Part shown: piece by piece, positions 1 through 10,330 of the stretch
How positions within the stretch are numbered: the first letter of the stretch is position 1
Layout: each line of letters begins with the position of its first letter
Origin: Podarcis tiliguerta
Lineage: Eukaryota
Reading direction: 5' to 3' (one strand)
Assembly (NCBI GenBank): GCA_965153285.1
Contig: OZ229129.1
DNA: 64,000 nucleotides
The notes under the pieces: generated by a model
Databases searched by the model: none
Told to the model about the DNA's origin: nothing
The model's input: only the letters and a program-made list of their open reading frames with translations
Program-made: the position numbers and the translations under genes

Positions 1-1774
1 CCAGGTTTCCAGCCATTTGTGGAGGGGGGTATTTCCTTATTTTTTTTCCAGGAAACACCCTCATATCCATGTTTACTTAGAAGTAAGCTGCTCTGCGTCC
101 AATGAAGCTTATTTTCCAGTTTGTGTGTGTTTAGGACTGTAGCCTTAGAGGGAGCTAAATGGATTTGGTTGGCACATTATGACTGCAACATCTAGTAAAT
201 GCTGCAGTTGAAAGTGAGAAGGAGAAGAGAAAAAGCAAGAGATTCTACAAGATAAATCAGTGAAGATAAGGGACAATTTCCCATCATTTTTTTAAAAAGC
301 CTTGGCGCTATTTCTGATCTCCAAAACACTAACATTAGCTTTGGAATTAATCAGAGATTCTTCCCCGCCCCATGTAGTGGCTGTTGAGAACCATAATGAG
401 CTCTTTAACAGTGTAAATAAAAAGATCTAAAGATTCAATAAACTATCATGCTACAAAATGACAATCATTTTGGGTGAAAAGGGTTCGGAGTTTGAAAGCA
501 TCTCGCAGCTGGAGACAAATGATTCTGGATAACATTGTAAATAACCTCTAAGCCGCCTCCTAATTAAACGGATGTTTCCTTTTCTCCTGGGCATTGAATA
601 TATGAACCAATTAAGGAAAAGATTATTTCTTCTTTCAGAGACCTATGCCAGCCCTTCTTAACAGAGAAGGAAACAAAAAAAATATTTAAAAAGAAAGAAG
701 AGAAGATTTCCACAGCAGTGACTAAAGTGATGCGTTGGGTCCACAATAATGAAGCATTTCAGCTTTAAGCAAATTTTGCACCTGTAACCTGGAGAAATAT
801 AGCCGTAGCACTTGAAAAATTACTTCGATGCTGCAAAGTGCCATGAAAATTTATCTTGGAGATGATTTTATTGCATGGTTACCCCAGCCAATTAAATCAA
901 TAAATCTTGACTGTCAGGGAGGTTGGCCCCACGCCAGGAAGAAATGAAATGCACAGAATCGGTAAATAAAAGGTTTCTGACAACTCATTCCAGGAATTAT
1001 TTAGCAGCACAGTCCTTAAGTTGTTGATCTTTATTTTCCCCCTCCTTTCCCCTCCCTTTCCTCCCCTTCTTTTTTTAAAAAATAAAAAAGCAAGTTGCGT
1101 CTGTCTCCGACATTTATCGACATACTTTCAGAGGAATTATTATGTTAACCAACACAGAGGAAGTCGTTAAAAAACAGAACAGGGGAAAACAGGATTTCCC
1201 CCCAAGCTTATACATTACTCACCTATGAACACAGGATAACAGCGGCTTTGGGGGGCTTTTCTCTCCTTGCTTTGGGAGTTGGGAGCCAGCAAGTGCTCCA
1301 GAGATGGTCATTGAGATGTCATGGAAAGTGGAAACTACACCGGTGTCAGATTCCCCCAAAACAACCCCTTTCAGAAAGGGGTACCAGGAGGAGCCTGGTC
1401 AGGGCTATCCAAGGTTGTGAATCTTGACTGGGAGGGTGTCTTCTCCAAATGAAGGTCCCTGAGACCTGAGAATTGGAAGGGACCTCAGAACTCATCTAGT
1501 TCAACCTAGGAAACCCAGGTTACTAATGCGGGAACTATTCTATTACAGTATCTCTGATGGGCGGACAACCAGTCTATGCTTAAATTTAGGACAGTCTGCT
1601 ACCTTCTGGCTAATTTATTTAGTTAATTCATTTATATTTCACCATTCCTCGGGAAGGAGCCTTGTTTTTTGTTTTCTTTTAGAAAAGCATTCAAGCACTG
1701 AGGTAAATGGGCCGACAGCCTGGCTTTGTATAATGCAGCTCCCACTGTTCCTAATATAGTAACTAATTAAAGGG

Positions 1775-2290
1775 ATTGCTCTGTGGTAGAGTACTTGTTT
1801 TGCATGCAGAAGGTCCCATGTCTAGCAACTCCAAGTGGGTCTGGATACCCCCTATCTGAAGGCCTAGAGAACCATTGCCAGTGTGGATGATGCTGAGCTA
1901 GGTGTTCTCAGTATAAGGCATGTTCATATTTAAAATCAACCCTTTGTTCAGAACCATAACGACTAGAGTCAGTGGTAGAACACCTTATTTTCATGTAGAA
2001 AGTCTGAGGCTCAATTCCTGGTGGCATATCCAGGTAGGGCTGGAAAATGACCCATTTTGAAACCCTAGAGAGTGGCTGCCAATCAATGTGGACAATACTT
2101 TGCCAGATGGACTATTGATTTGTGTTGGTACAAGGCAAGTTCCTCTGTCAAATACCTATTCTATCCAGCTAAAGACTTTTCAGCTAGCAGGAATAGGAAA
2201 GATCTTCCTTGCTTTGTCTTGCTGGCAATACTGCCAGTCAGACAGGAGAACGGTGAGCAAGATGGCCCAATGGTCTGATCCAGTTCTAGA
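1775..2290 (+). mobile_element. Three tandem degenerate tRNA-derived SINE copies (Squam2-like)
   Basis: Recurring blocks gtggtaga..gcatgcagaaggtccc...ctagagag..gctgcca.tca.tgtggacaatact...agatgg..caaggca; same family as the copy at 25611. Confidence 0.6.
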
Positions 2291-3084
2291 GCATATTCTT
2301 AGGTGCAGAGCTGCTAGACTGGAGACCCAGAGATGGCTGTACCATCACGCTTATATAGCTGCCAAAGCAAGTCTTGATGCAGTAAAAAGTAAACACATGA
2401 AAATGGGGCATGCCTCCTCCTTCTTGCTGTTGGATTTTAAAAAATAACAGGTGCAATTTGCAAGGGCTATCCTCCAGCCTCCTTAGAAACAGACACTTGG
2501 CTCATCACAAGGACTGCAAGCTTGGTTTCCAGTTGTATACCATTGATTTGCATCCTTGGCTAATCCCATTCAGCTTTTATAACATTTGTTGGCAAGCAAC
2601 TTCCCATTGCAGATAATTCCCTGTCAGCCCATCAAGAACACACAGGGTGATTACTGTAAAATTAATGATTTGGAGCTCAGTAAGAGCCTTTTTATTGAGT
2701 TCTTGCTTGACAGGCAGAGAATGCAGCACTGCCCGTGAAAGGGTGCAAAGTCCCCTCTCCATTATGTACACTGTGGAGGACAAAATTTGCATGGCTTCCA
2801 GGGTTTATGCCAGGACCTATAGCACCATTCAACATGCAAGAGGTGGCATTCATAGGGATGGAAGATAATTTATGTTCAGTTTGCGTTTTGGTGCAAATTT
2901 ACCTACTACGCAGCTCCTAAGGCATCATGGGAAACCAACATATTTTGAAATTCATAGGTCTCTGAATTTTGTAATGCAGTTCTCCAACCAAATGATGTGT
3001 ACCAAATGAACAAACAGACAGACAAACAAACAAACAAACAATGCATATGCTAGGGGAAATTGAACCTGAAATACATACTGTATG

Positions 3085-3200
3085 ATTTGGTGACTGTACT
3101 CCATACTCTGGTAATTTCCATACTAGGGTATTGCAGTGCAATCTACATGGGGCTGTTCTTGAAGATGACTTGGAATCTTCAGCTGCTCCAAAATGCAGAC
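3085..3200 (+). mobile_element. L2 LINE ORF2 fragment
   Basis: Translates as TVLHTLVISILGYCSAIYMGLFLKMTWNLQLLQNA, close to the L2 motif LV.SRLDYCNALY.GLP.K...KLQL.QNAA. Confidence 0.7.
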
Positions 3201-3916
3201 ATGGATTACCAAGATACTCATCCAAGAGCCCTCTTGGTAGTTTCAAATCTCTCAGAAACCAAAGTGGTGGTGGGTGGCCTGTGAGAGGGCAATCTCAGTG
3301 GCAGCTTCTACATCATGAAATTCCTCCCACACAGAGGTACATATGGTACCTTCACTATCCCTTCACTATCCTGTTTTCAGCATATGCTGATGAGCCACCT
3401 CTTCAGCTTGGCCTATGACACATGAGAAATATTTTTTTAGGACTCACTATATACTTGTTTCTAATATTGCGTTTTAAACTGACCTGAATCATCCTTAGAA
3501 GCTTCGGGAGGGTAATCTGCAATGGCTGGAGATTCCAGTGCAGACCCAAATGATCCTTCCCCTCCCACAGAGCACACTGTATAGTAATTCAGTCTCATGG
3601 TTACGGAATCATAGACTACAGTGGCCAGGCTATCCTGATTGAGATTCAGCTTCCACCACGTCGTTCTGCCCTTGTGATTTCCTTCATAAACAACACAGGA
3701 TCTGGCTGTGTCACAATTAGAGTAGCACAGCATTTAAAATTAAAAATGGTGATATCTTGTTTTCTGCTGCTGCTGGGTTTGCAAATAAACAGAACCCATC
3801 CCGAGGACTAATTTACCTTATCTATGCACATGGCTTTCAAAAGGAAGCAGCTATAGCAATTTACCGTAAACCACAAGAGTGAGTGTGCAGTTGCAAGCCT
3901 GGTGTTTTGTGTGGCT

Positions 3917-4658
3917 AGGTCCCAAACTCTCCCGAGATGTTGGAATAAAGACACATGAAACCAGTATTTTAGGTTAATGGGCTAAAAAGGCCACAACTTT
4001 ATTGGTTACAGAATGTGAGTAGTATTGGCTTAGGCACGGGAAACAAACCCACTATATCAGACTCCTGCCCATCTGCAGGAGTCTTGGAAGGGTTAAGTAC
4101 CAGAAGGGGGAGCCCTGTTGATGCACATCAACTAGGAATTCCCCCAGGGTCACTGCTAGGGGTCATGCCATGGCCCTAGCCCCCCATCTGGGGCTTCAGA
4201 CAGAGACCATGCCCCTCAGATTCCTTTAATGGAATACCCTTGAATTGGTAGGTGATGGCCACTACCCCCCCTCCCCTCCAACTGAATACTCCAATGCCTA
4301 ACTGCCAAACTTTACAAAGTTGTGACGATTTGCTATGAGGTAGGCGAAAAACCAAATAGCTGGTGCCAATTTGCCAAGTGGAAAAAATTCCTACCAGGCC
4401 CCTTAACGGCGACCAACCGAGGTCTATAGCAAGGTCAAGAGAAAAAGAGCCAAACCTTGGGGGGGAGGGAGGGGGAGCGGGAAGCAAAAGGGGGTGAGTC
4501 CTTGACCACAGGCAGTTTAAATAGCCCAAGCCATGCCCCCTGACCATCCAGGGATGATGCGGCCGAGGACACTTAATGGCGTGGGGGCTATCCCGCCCTG
4601 TGTGTGTTGAGTCAGGCTTGCGACCAGCCCGCAACGTCATCTCCCCGGGAACAGGACA
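3917..4658 (-). mobile_element. Solo LTR (ERV/LTR-retrotransposon-like), 742 bp
   Basis: Flanked by a 5-bp direct repeat TGGCT (3912-3916, 4659-4663). Minus strand begins TGTCC, has TATTTAAA at 4516-4523 and AATAAA at 3998-4003. The other end (GGGACCT) is an imperfect TG..CA terminus. Confidence 0.6.
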
Positions 4659-5069
4659 TGGCTTTACCTTGCTGTGTATCTTGGTGGATATTTTCCCCTC
4701 TACCCATGTTGCCAGAGTTTCAATATGACCTGTTTATCAGGCATTCCTCCTGGAAACAAGAGGCAGTTAGTCTCTCAGTCTTAGCTGATATTCTGAACTG
4801 ATCAGGAATGAACACACACTGGAGGGGCTGATTCCAGAGCAAAACAAACAAGCTCCACCCAACAGATACCAAGCCCTCTACTATTCAAATTAAGCCCCAG
4901 TCTTTTTCTTACAATCCCCTTCTCACTGGGCCTAATTTGAATTAGTTCAGTTTAATTTTGCATGTAAATTCTCAAAACTTTCTTATTTGAACATTCAACA
5001 ATTTCTGTACAATCTTGTTTGTTCTCAGTACACAGAATTGTATCATCTACCTTGCTTTATACCTTTGTA

Positions 5070-5268
5070 GGAGATGCAGGTGGCGCTGTGGTCTAAACCC
5101 CTGGGCCTTTGGGGCTTGCTGATCAGAAGGTCGGCAGTTCAAATCCCCATGACGGGGTGAGCTCCCGTTGCTCTGTCTCAGCTCCTGCCAATCTAGCAGT
5201 TCAAAAGCACGCCAGTGCAAGCAGATAAATAGGTACTGCTGTGGTGGGAAGGTAAATGGTGTTTCTGG
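5070..5268 (+). mobile_element. Sauria-SINE-like element, 3'-truncated, inside the Copia element
   Basis: ggtggcgctgtggtctaaacc...gatcagaaggtcggcagttcaaatcccc...ggggtgagctcccgttg...agataaataggtac resembles the Sauria SINE head; A/B boxes are visible. Confidence 0.8.
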
Positions 5269-5272
5269 GCCA

Positions 5273-5800
5273 TATTTCATATCAAGTTTATCTTTAGTCT
5301 CTAGTGCATGCATCAAGGAACTGTAACTTTCCAGCAAACTTGACAGAATTAAAATCACTTCGTCCACTTCTTCAAATTTCCTGCCTATAATATTTAAATA
5401 ATCCATCAACTCTGTCACTTGACTTAGATGCTTTTCTAAATCTCAATTTTCTTTCCATTTTAAACAGCTTTCTTCATAAATATAAGTCTCTCACTCAGAG
5501 CATTTCTCTCATACAACTCTTTCAGACTTTGCCACAACTCTTTGGCAGTCTTAAAATCTCTTATGTGTCACTGTCACTGTCATTCACATACGTTGAAATT
5601 TCTGCTGTTGCCTTTCTGTCCTGCTTTTCTCACTTTACTTTTTCTGCCTCTTCTGCTGCTGCAGATTTTTCAATTGTTTCCCACAAATCTTTTTTCAGCA
5701 GCTCATTCTCCATTCAAAATTTCCATAAAGGATAGTTACTTGAAGTGAGAACAGGCACAGCAGGTTCTAGGGCTTTCACAGCTTATATACACGTGGCCAT
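5273..5800 (-). pseudogene. Copia-type gag remnant (UBN2/Retrotran_gag-like) with stops and frameshifts
   Basis: From ATG at 5798-5800: ...VLTSSNYPLWKF*MENELLKKDLWETIE...ELWQSLKELYE...ELMDYLNIIGRKFEEVDEVILILSSLLESYSSLMHALE. The NY..W...M...L...DLW and ILSSL.ESY motifs are typical of copia gag. Confidence 0.8.
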
Positions 5801-6528
5801 AATTTTTTCGTCTTCTCTTTGCCAAACTGGGCCTGTAACCCAATTGTTGTGTAGGTGCGGGGGGATGATTAACAAATTCAGTCCTCCTGGCAAACTGGGA
5901 ATATCTGCTCACTCAGCCAACTTTAGGATATTCCACCATTCATCACCACGGGTTTGTCTCTTTGAGAAAAATAAGTGGGTCATGTAAATGTAAACTAAGC
6001 TTTACTAATAAAGAAAACTGTAACAAAATAACATAAGGAGAGAAACTAAATACCGTATTTTTTGCTCTATAGGATGCACCCGACCATAGGACACACCTTG
6101 TTTTAGAGGGGGAGAACAAGGGAAAAAAATTCTCCCCCTCTCTGCTCAGCGCCCCTTCAGCAAAGCGGCAGGAGAAACGGAGCCCCTTCCATTTCTCCTG
6201 CCGCTTCGCTGAAGGGGTGCTGCACAGAGAGGGGGAGATATTTTTTTTCTTGTTCTCCCCCTCTAAAACAAGGTGCATTCTGTGCGTTCAAGGTGCGTTC
6301 ACCCAAAGCCTCCGGAGCGCAGTGGGAGTTCCTGCCGCACTCTGGAGGCTTCAGGCGGCTACCTTGGAAGCCTGGAGAGCGAGAGGAGTCGCTGCTCACT
6401 GACCCCTCTCACTCTCCAGGCTTCAGTGAAGGCAACCCGAAGCCTCAGGAGCACGGTGGGAGTTCCCGCTGGGCTCCGGAGGTTTCAGGTTCCTTTTGAC
6501 CTGCTCTTTGGGGCTGGCGGAGGTTTTG

Positions 6529-6948
6529 ACAAAGAACAGAGGTTTTGACAAATGGACTACCAAAAACGCGTGAGGCAAACGGTGGAAGTCTTTTAAAAAT
6601 ATTTTAATTAAGATAGATAAGGATATGACGAAAATACATGACTGAATATAAATATAGATTGGAAATGGCTGTGTATAGTGGAATACTTATCTAATTTTAA
6701 AATTCTCATTCTTGATCTTATTTCTTCCTTTTCTTTATCTTCTTCTTGTTCTTTTCTTTTATATTTTACCTTTCATTTCTTGTCTTTATTGTGAATATTG
6801 TTTTGTAGAGGTGTAAATAATTGTAAATATCAGAAGAGGTAAAATGTTTTCTAATTTTCTATTGGTTACATGTATTTTCCTTTTTTCCTATATTTGTATT
6901 TTTTTCTAATTTGTACTCAATAAAATTAATAATAAATAAATAAATAAA
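6529..6948 (+). mobile_element. 5'-truncated L1/Tx1-clade LINE 3' end with A-rich tail
   Basis: Short ORF end KRWKSFKNILIKIDKDMTKIHD* resembles an L1 ORF2 C-terminus, followed by a T-rich 3' UTR, AATAAA at 6919-6924 and an (AAAT)n tail. Confidence 0.6.
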
Positions 6949-7212
6949 GCTCATCTCCTCGTCCCACTTGGCAGCGTCAGGCAACTTCATGTTTTGTCAC
7001 ATGAAATCAAGGAACATGGAGGCCTGCAGTAACCGGCCCAGCCTCTGGAAGTGCCGTGTATGGTAAGAGAGACTCCACAGCTGCTTTGATCCCTTCGTAT
7101 TGCGAGAGGCTCTCTGGCGTCTCATGCTTGAGGAGGGTTTCCACCACTGCCTGAGCCTCGAGGTAGTTCCGCGAGTTTGTGTTCCACGTGATGGAAAACT
7201 TCAACACAGCCT
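6949..7212 (-). pseudogene. TBL3: TBL3 (UTP13) C-terminal gene fragment, disrupted
   Basis: AVLKFSITWNTNSRNYLEAQAVVETLLKHETPESLSQYEGIKAAVESLLPYT, frameshift at 7053/7054, then HFQRLGRLLQASMFLDFM*QNMKLP (TGA 6997-6999). Matches the recalled Utp13 domain of human TBL3 (..TWNTNSRH..EAQAVL..LLPYTERHFQRLSR.LQAA.FLDFLWHNMKLP). Confidence 0.9.
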
Positions 7213-7744
7213 CTGGAAGAAGGGGTTTGGGGAAGACACGTCAGGAAGGAGTGCAAGTTGCAGGCAGCGTGGCCACCTTGAACCAACACACCTCTCTTGC
7301 GAAGCGTGGCCAGATCTGGGCACACATCTGACCTGCGCCTTTCTTGAATGCAGGGAAGCAGATCCAACACCCCTCCACACCTAGTAGAAACAATTAATGA
7401 TGGGAGGGGTGACTGGGTTTATTCCAGACTACATGGCTTGCAGGAATGGGTTTTATAATATTTATAAAAGTACAACAACAACAACAATATGCATTATAAT
7501 CTTTGCTCTAGTATTACAGAGCTGGTGGAGCTAATTTGAGGCTGTGTACACACCATACATTAAAAGCATTATCGCTCTCCCCTGTAAGAATCCTGGGAAC
7601 TGTAGATTACCCTTCTACCGCATAGCTACAATTTGTAGCACCCTTTACAAACTGCAATTCCCAGGATTCTTTGGGAGAAATGTGCTTTTAATGCCTGTTT
7701 TTCCTGCAGCAGGCATGCTCAGCTACCCCTCTGGAAGCTCAATC

Positions 7745-8003
7745 CCACAGAAAGCTGTGACAACCACCAACTTGGATGGTTTTATGCAGGAAAGGCTATC
7801 AATGGCCACTAGGCACGATGGCTATGCTCTACCTCCACAGTCAGTGGCAGTAACCTTTGTGAATAGTAGTTGCTGGAAGATGCAGGAAGGGAATACAGAA
7901 TGCTCTTGTTTCCACAGGCCTCTGCTTGGCCACTGTGAGAACAGGGTGCTGGACTAGACAGGCCAATGTGGCCTCATCCAGCAGGCACTTCTTATGTCCT
8001 TAC
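7745..8003 (+). mobile_element. CR1 LINE 3' end (within the cargo)
   Basis: acttggatgg...ggccactgtgagaacagggtgctggactaga...tccagcaggcacttcttatgtcctta, the common squamate CR1 tail. Confidence 0.7.
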
Positions 8004-10324
8004 GTGGTTCAAGGGTTGAGATTGTGAGAAGGCATCTTCCAAAGCAATCCCACCCTGCAAATAGCTTTGGAGCCTTCTTGCCTCTAGCCTAGCCCTCACC
8101 CCTTTTCCTGTTCTTGCTGGAGTCTTCTTTTGCTTGCCACGCCTGCGGGCTCTCTTCCAGCCAACGGTGCCAATGACGGATCTTAAAAACTTGGGGTCGG
8201 TGAGATTCGGCAATCGCAGCACCTTGCGCCTGCTGGACCTCCTGAGCGGAGCGGGTTGTGTCTTGCTCCTCTTGAAGTAGGGTGAAATGTGAGGAGTGTT
8301 GCAAGCCGGTGTAGAGGCAGAAGGTCTGGCCGAGATGGTAGAGCACGGCTTCTCTGTCAGGGGCTTCTTGCTAACCCAGTGGAATACCTTCGGAGGTTTT
8401 GCGTTGCTATCACCGATGCCAAGGAGCCTGCATTCGCTCCATAGGACGCACACACATTTCCCCTTAATTTTGGAGGGGGAAAAGTGTGTCCTATAGAACA
8501 AAAAATACGGTACATCCCGAGGGAAGTCTGAGGCAAGAAGCAAGAAAAGGCAGTTGGTCTCTCTTAACTGACATTCTTAACTGAACATAACGGAACCCAC
8601 TGAAGGGAGGGGCTGATTCCGGAGCAAAACACAGAAGCCCCACCTACCAGATACCAAACATTCTACTATTCAAATTAGGCCCCAGTGTTTTCCTTACAAA
8701 GACACACTACAGTTTCCAGTGCATTTTCCTGTCACTATCCTTATTAGGAAAAGCCTGATGGTTCTTGCTTTATGTGTGCTTCAAAAGGCCAGGTTTTCTT
8801 TTATATAGAAAGGCATGAAAAATCCATATTTAAATTGTGCACACTTCCTGCTTATGTCCACATTTTCTACTTCTCCTAAAATATGCATTTTGGGGGCATA
8901 GTTTTCCCCTATTATATGCGTTTTGATGTGCATTGCTTAGGAACCAAAACTGCACCAGCAAGTTCAAAGTGTGTGTCTGACTGATAGCTGCGTTCTGACA
9001 TGCATATAATTCTAAACGCAAAGAATTATGTCAGTTTGCTTTAAATTTGCACTTAAAGAACCAAAGTTTCAGGACCAGGGGACGTGGTGGGACCAGTGAT
9101 GGGAGAATTCCTCCTCTTCAATTCCACTCCATTCACGCATTGTACACAGGTGTGTAGTTGTCCAAGGTTGAAGACCCATTACTATTTTTGCAGAAGGGTC
9201 ACAGCAGGGCCCCTGTCACCAGAGTCCCCTCCGCAATTGTTTCTATTAATTTTCCAAATTATTACGAATCAAACAAAATTACTTTAACACGATTTCTTAA
9301 AATCAGGTTTCCCGCTCCTGTTTCAAACATACGCCCATCATTTCCTCCCTTAGCTGCATCATTTCTTATTTAGTGTCCAGTTGTCATCCTTTACTTGCAT
9401 CCTGTCACCAGAGTCGTACAGCTGCCTAACTAACATGAACAGGGTTTTTTGTTTTGCCATTGAGAAGTCTTCTCCCTCTTTGTGCTGACTGGAGCCAGCC
9501 AGAATGAAAGGAAGTGAGTGAGCCAATGAGGATTGGTTGCAAGGGTGAGTTTGGAGAAAGCACATAGGAAGAACAGAGAGGAGTTGCTCCATATGCTTCA
9601 CAGCTGAACATTTAGGAGCACTGAAAACACAAGGTGCTTCAGTTTCATGAGAACAATGTGCAAGTTCTGTTAACATACAATGGAACTTAAAGGAAAACAA
9701 CTTAATCTACTCTGAAATAAGATACTGGAGCACTCCAAATCATTTCCCCCCATGTATATCCACAGAAAATAGTAGATCGAGCTGAAAGGCAACACATGGA
9801 GAACTGCACTGATTGTTGTAATGCCCCTTTAATTATTATTAAAGCACATGGATAAGACTATTCCGTAATCTTAGAATGGTGTGTTGCTGTGGCAGTGTGT
9901 GTAGGTATGAGTGGCGCATCGCTGTGACTGTCATGATGGAACCCTGCACTTCTGAATTTGTCACAACACTAGTAATTGTACTTTGGGTTCCTTGGGTTCC
10001 TTTGTACCAGCATTATCATGTCTATTGAGTTTTAGGCTATTAAAGTGTGATCTGTCTTGAATCCACAGGATTATATACTGATTGCATATTGAAATCCAGG
10101 TGAGCTGCTGCCAATCAGTGTAGACAATACTAAGCTAGATAGGCCAAAGATCTTAGTGTAAGGCAACTTTCTATACTCCTAGATTTAAATGAGAGAAAAT
10201 GGGTAGCAAATAAAACACAGATGGCAAGATATCTAGATTTCCACAAAGCGGTGAGTAGATGAGGCATTGATCAACTGCAGTGTAAAATTCAGGATTACAA
10301 ACAAAGATATGCTTTCATAAAAAT

Positions 10325-10330
10325 TTTATT
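10325..10330 (-). terminator. Poly(A) signal AATAAA (distal AFF2 3' end)
   Basis: Minus strand reads AATAAA-atttttatgaaagCA-tatctttgtttgt: hexamer, CA cleavage-like site and U/GU-rich downstream element. Confidence 0.6.

Larger units (their letters stand above)
6053..8510. mobile_element. Non-autonomous Tc1/mariner-pogo-type TIR element carrying captured host DNA (Pack-TIR-like)
   Basis: TA at both sides (6051-6052, 8511-8512). TIRs CCGTATTTTTTGCTCTATAGGA and TCCTATAGAACAAAAAATACGG differ at 1 of 22 positions. No transposase ORF; foreign cargo at 6529-8390. Confidence 0.85.
4755..8698 (-). mobile_element. Decayed Copia/Ty1-type LTR retrotransposon (pol deleted)
   Basis: Two related LTR segments (4761-4913 and 8548-8698) both start TGTAAG on the minus strand. 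The 5' LTR ends ..ACAACA at 5845, followed by PBS-like GGTTACAGGCCCAG (5827-5840; cf. copia GGTTATGGGCCCAG). PPT GAGAAGGGGAT (4914-4924) abuts the 3' LTR, and a gag remnant lies between. Confidence 0.8.

Noticed and set aside
4176-4640. 154-aa ORF
   Set aside because: Lies within the GC-rich solo LTR and has no recognisable domain.
8089-8346. Idea that this frame is the upstream TBL3 exon (phase 1 fits the TBL3 acceptor)
   Set aside because: No convincing similarity to the recalled TBL3 sequence, although the adjacent fragment is highly similar; this frame also has a stop at 8371-8373.
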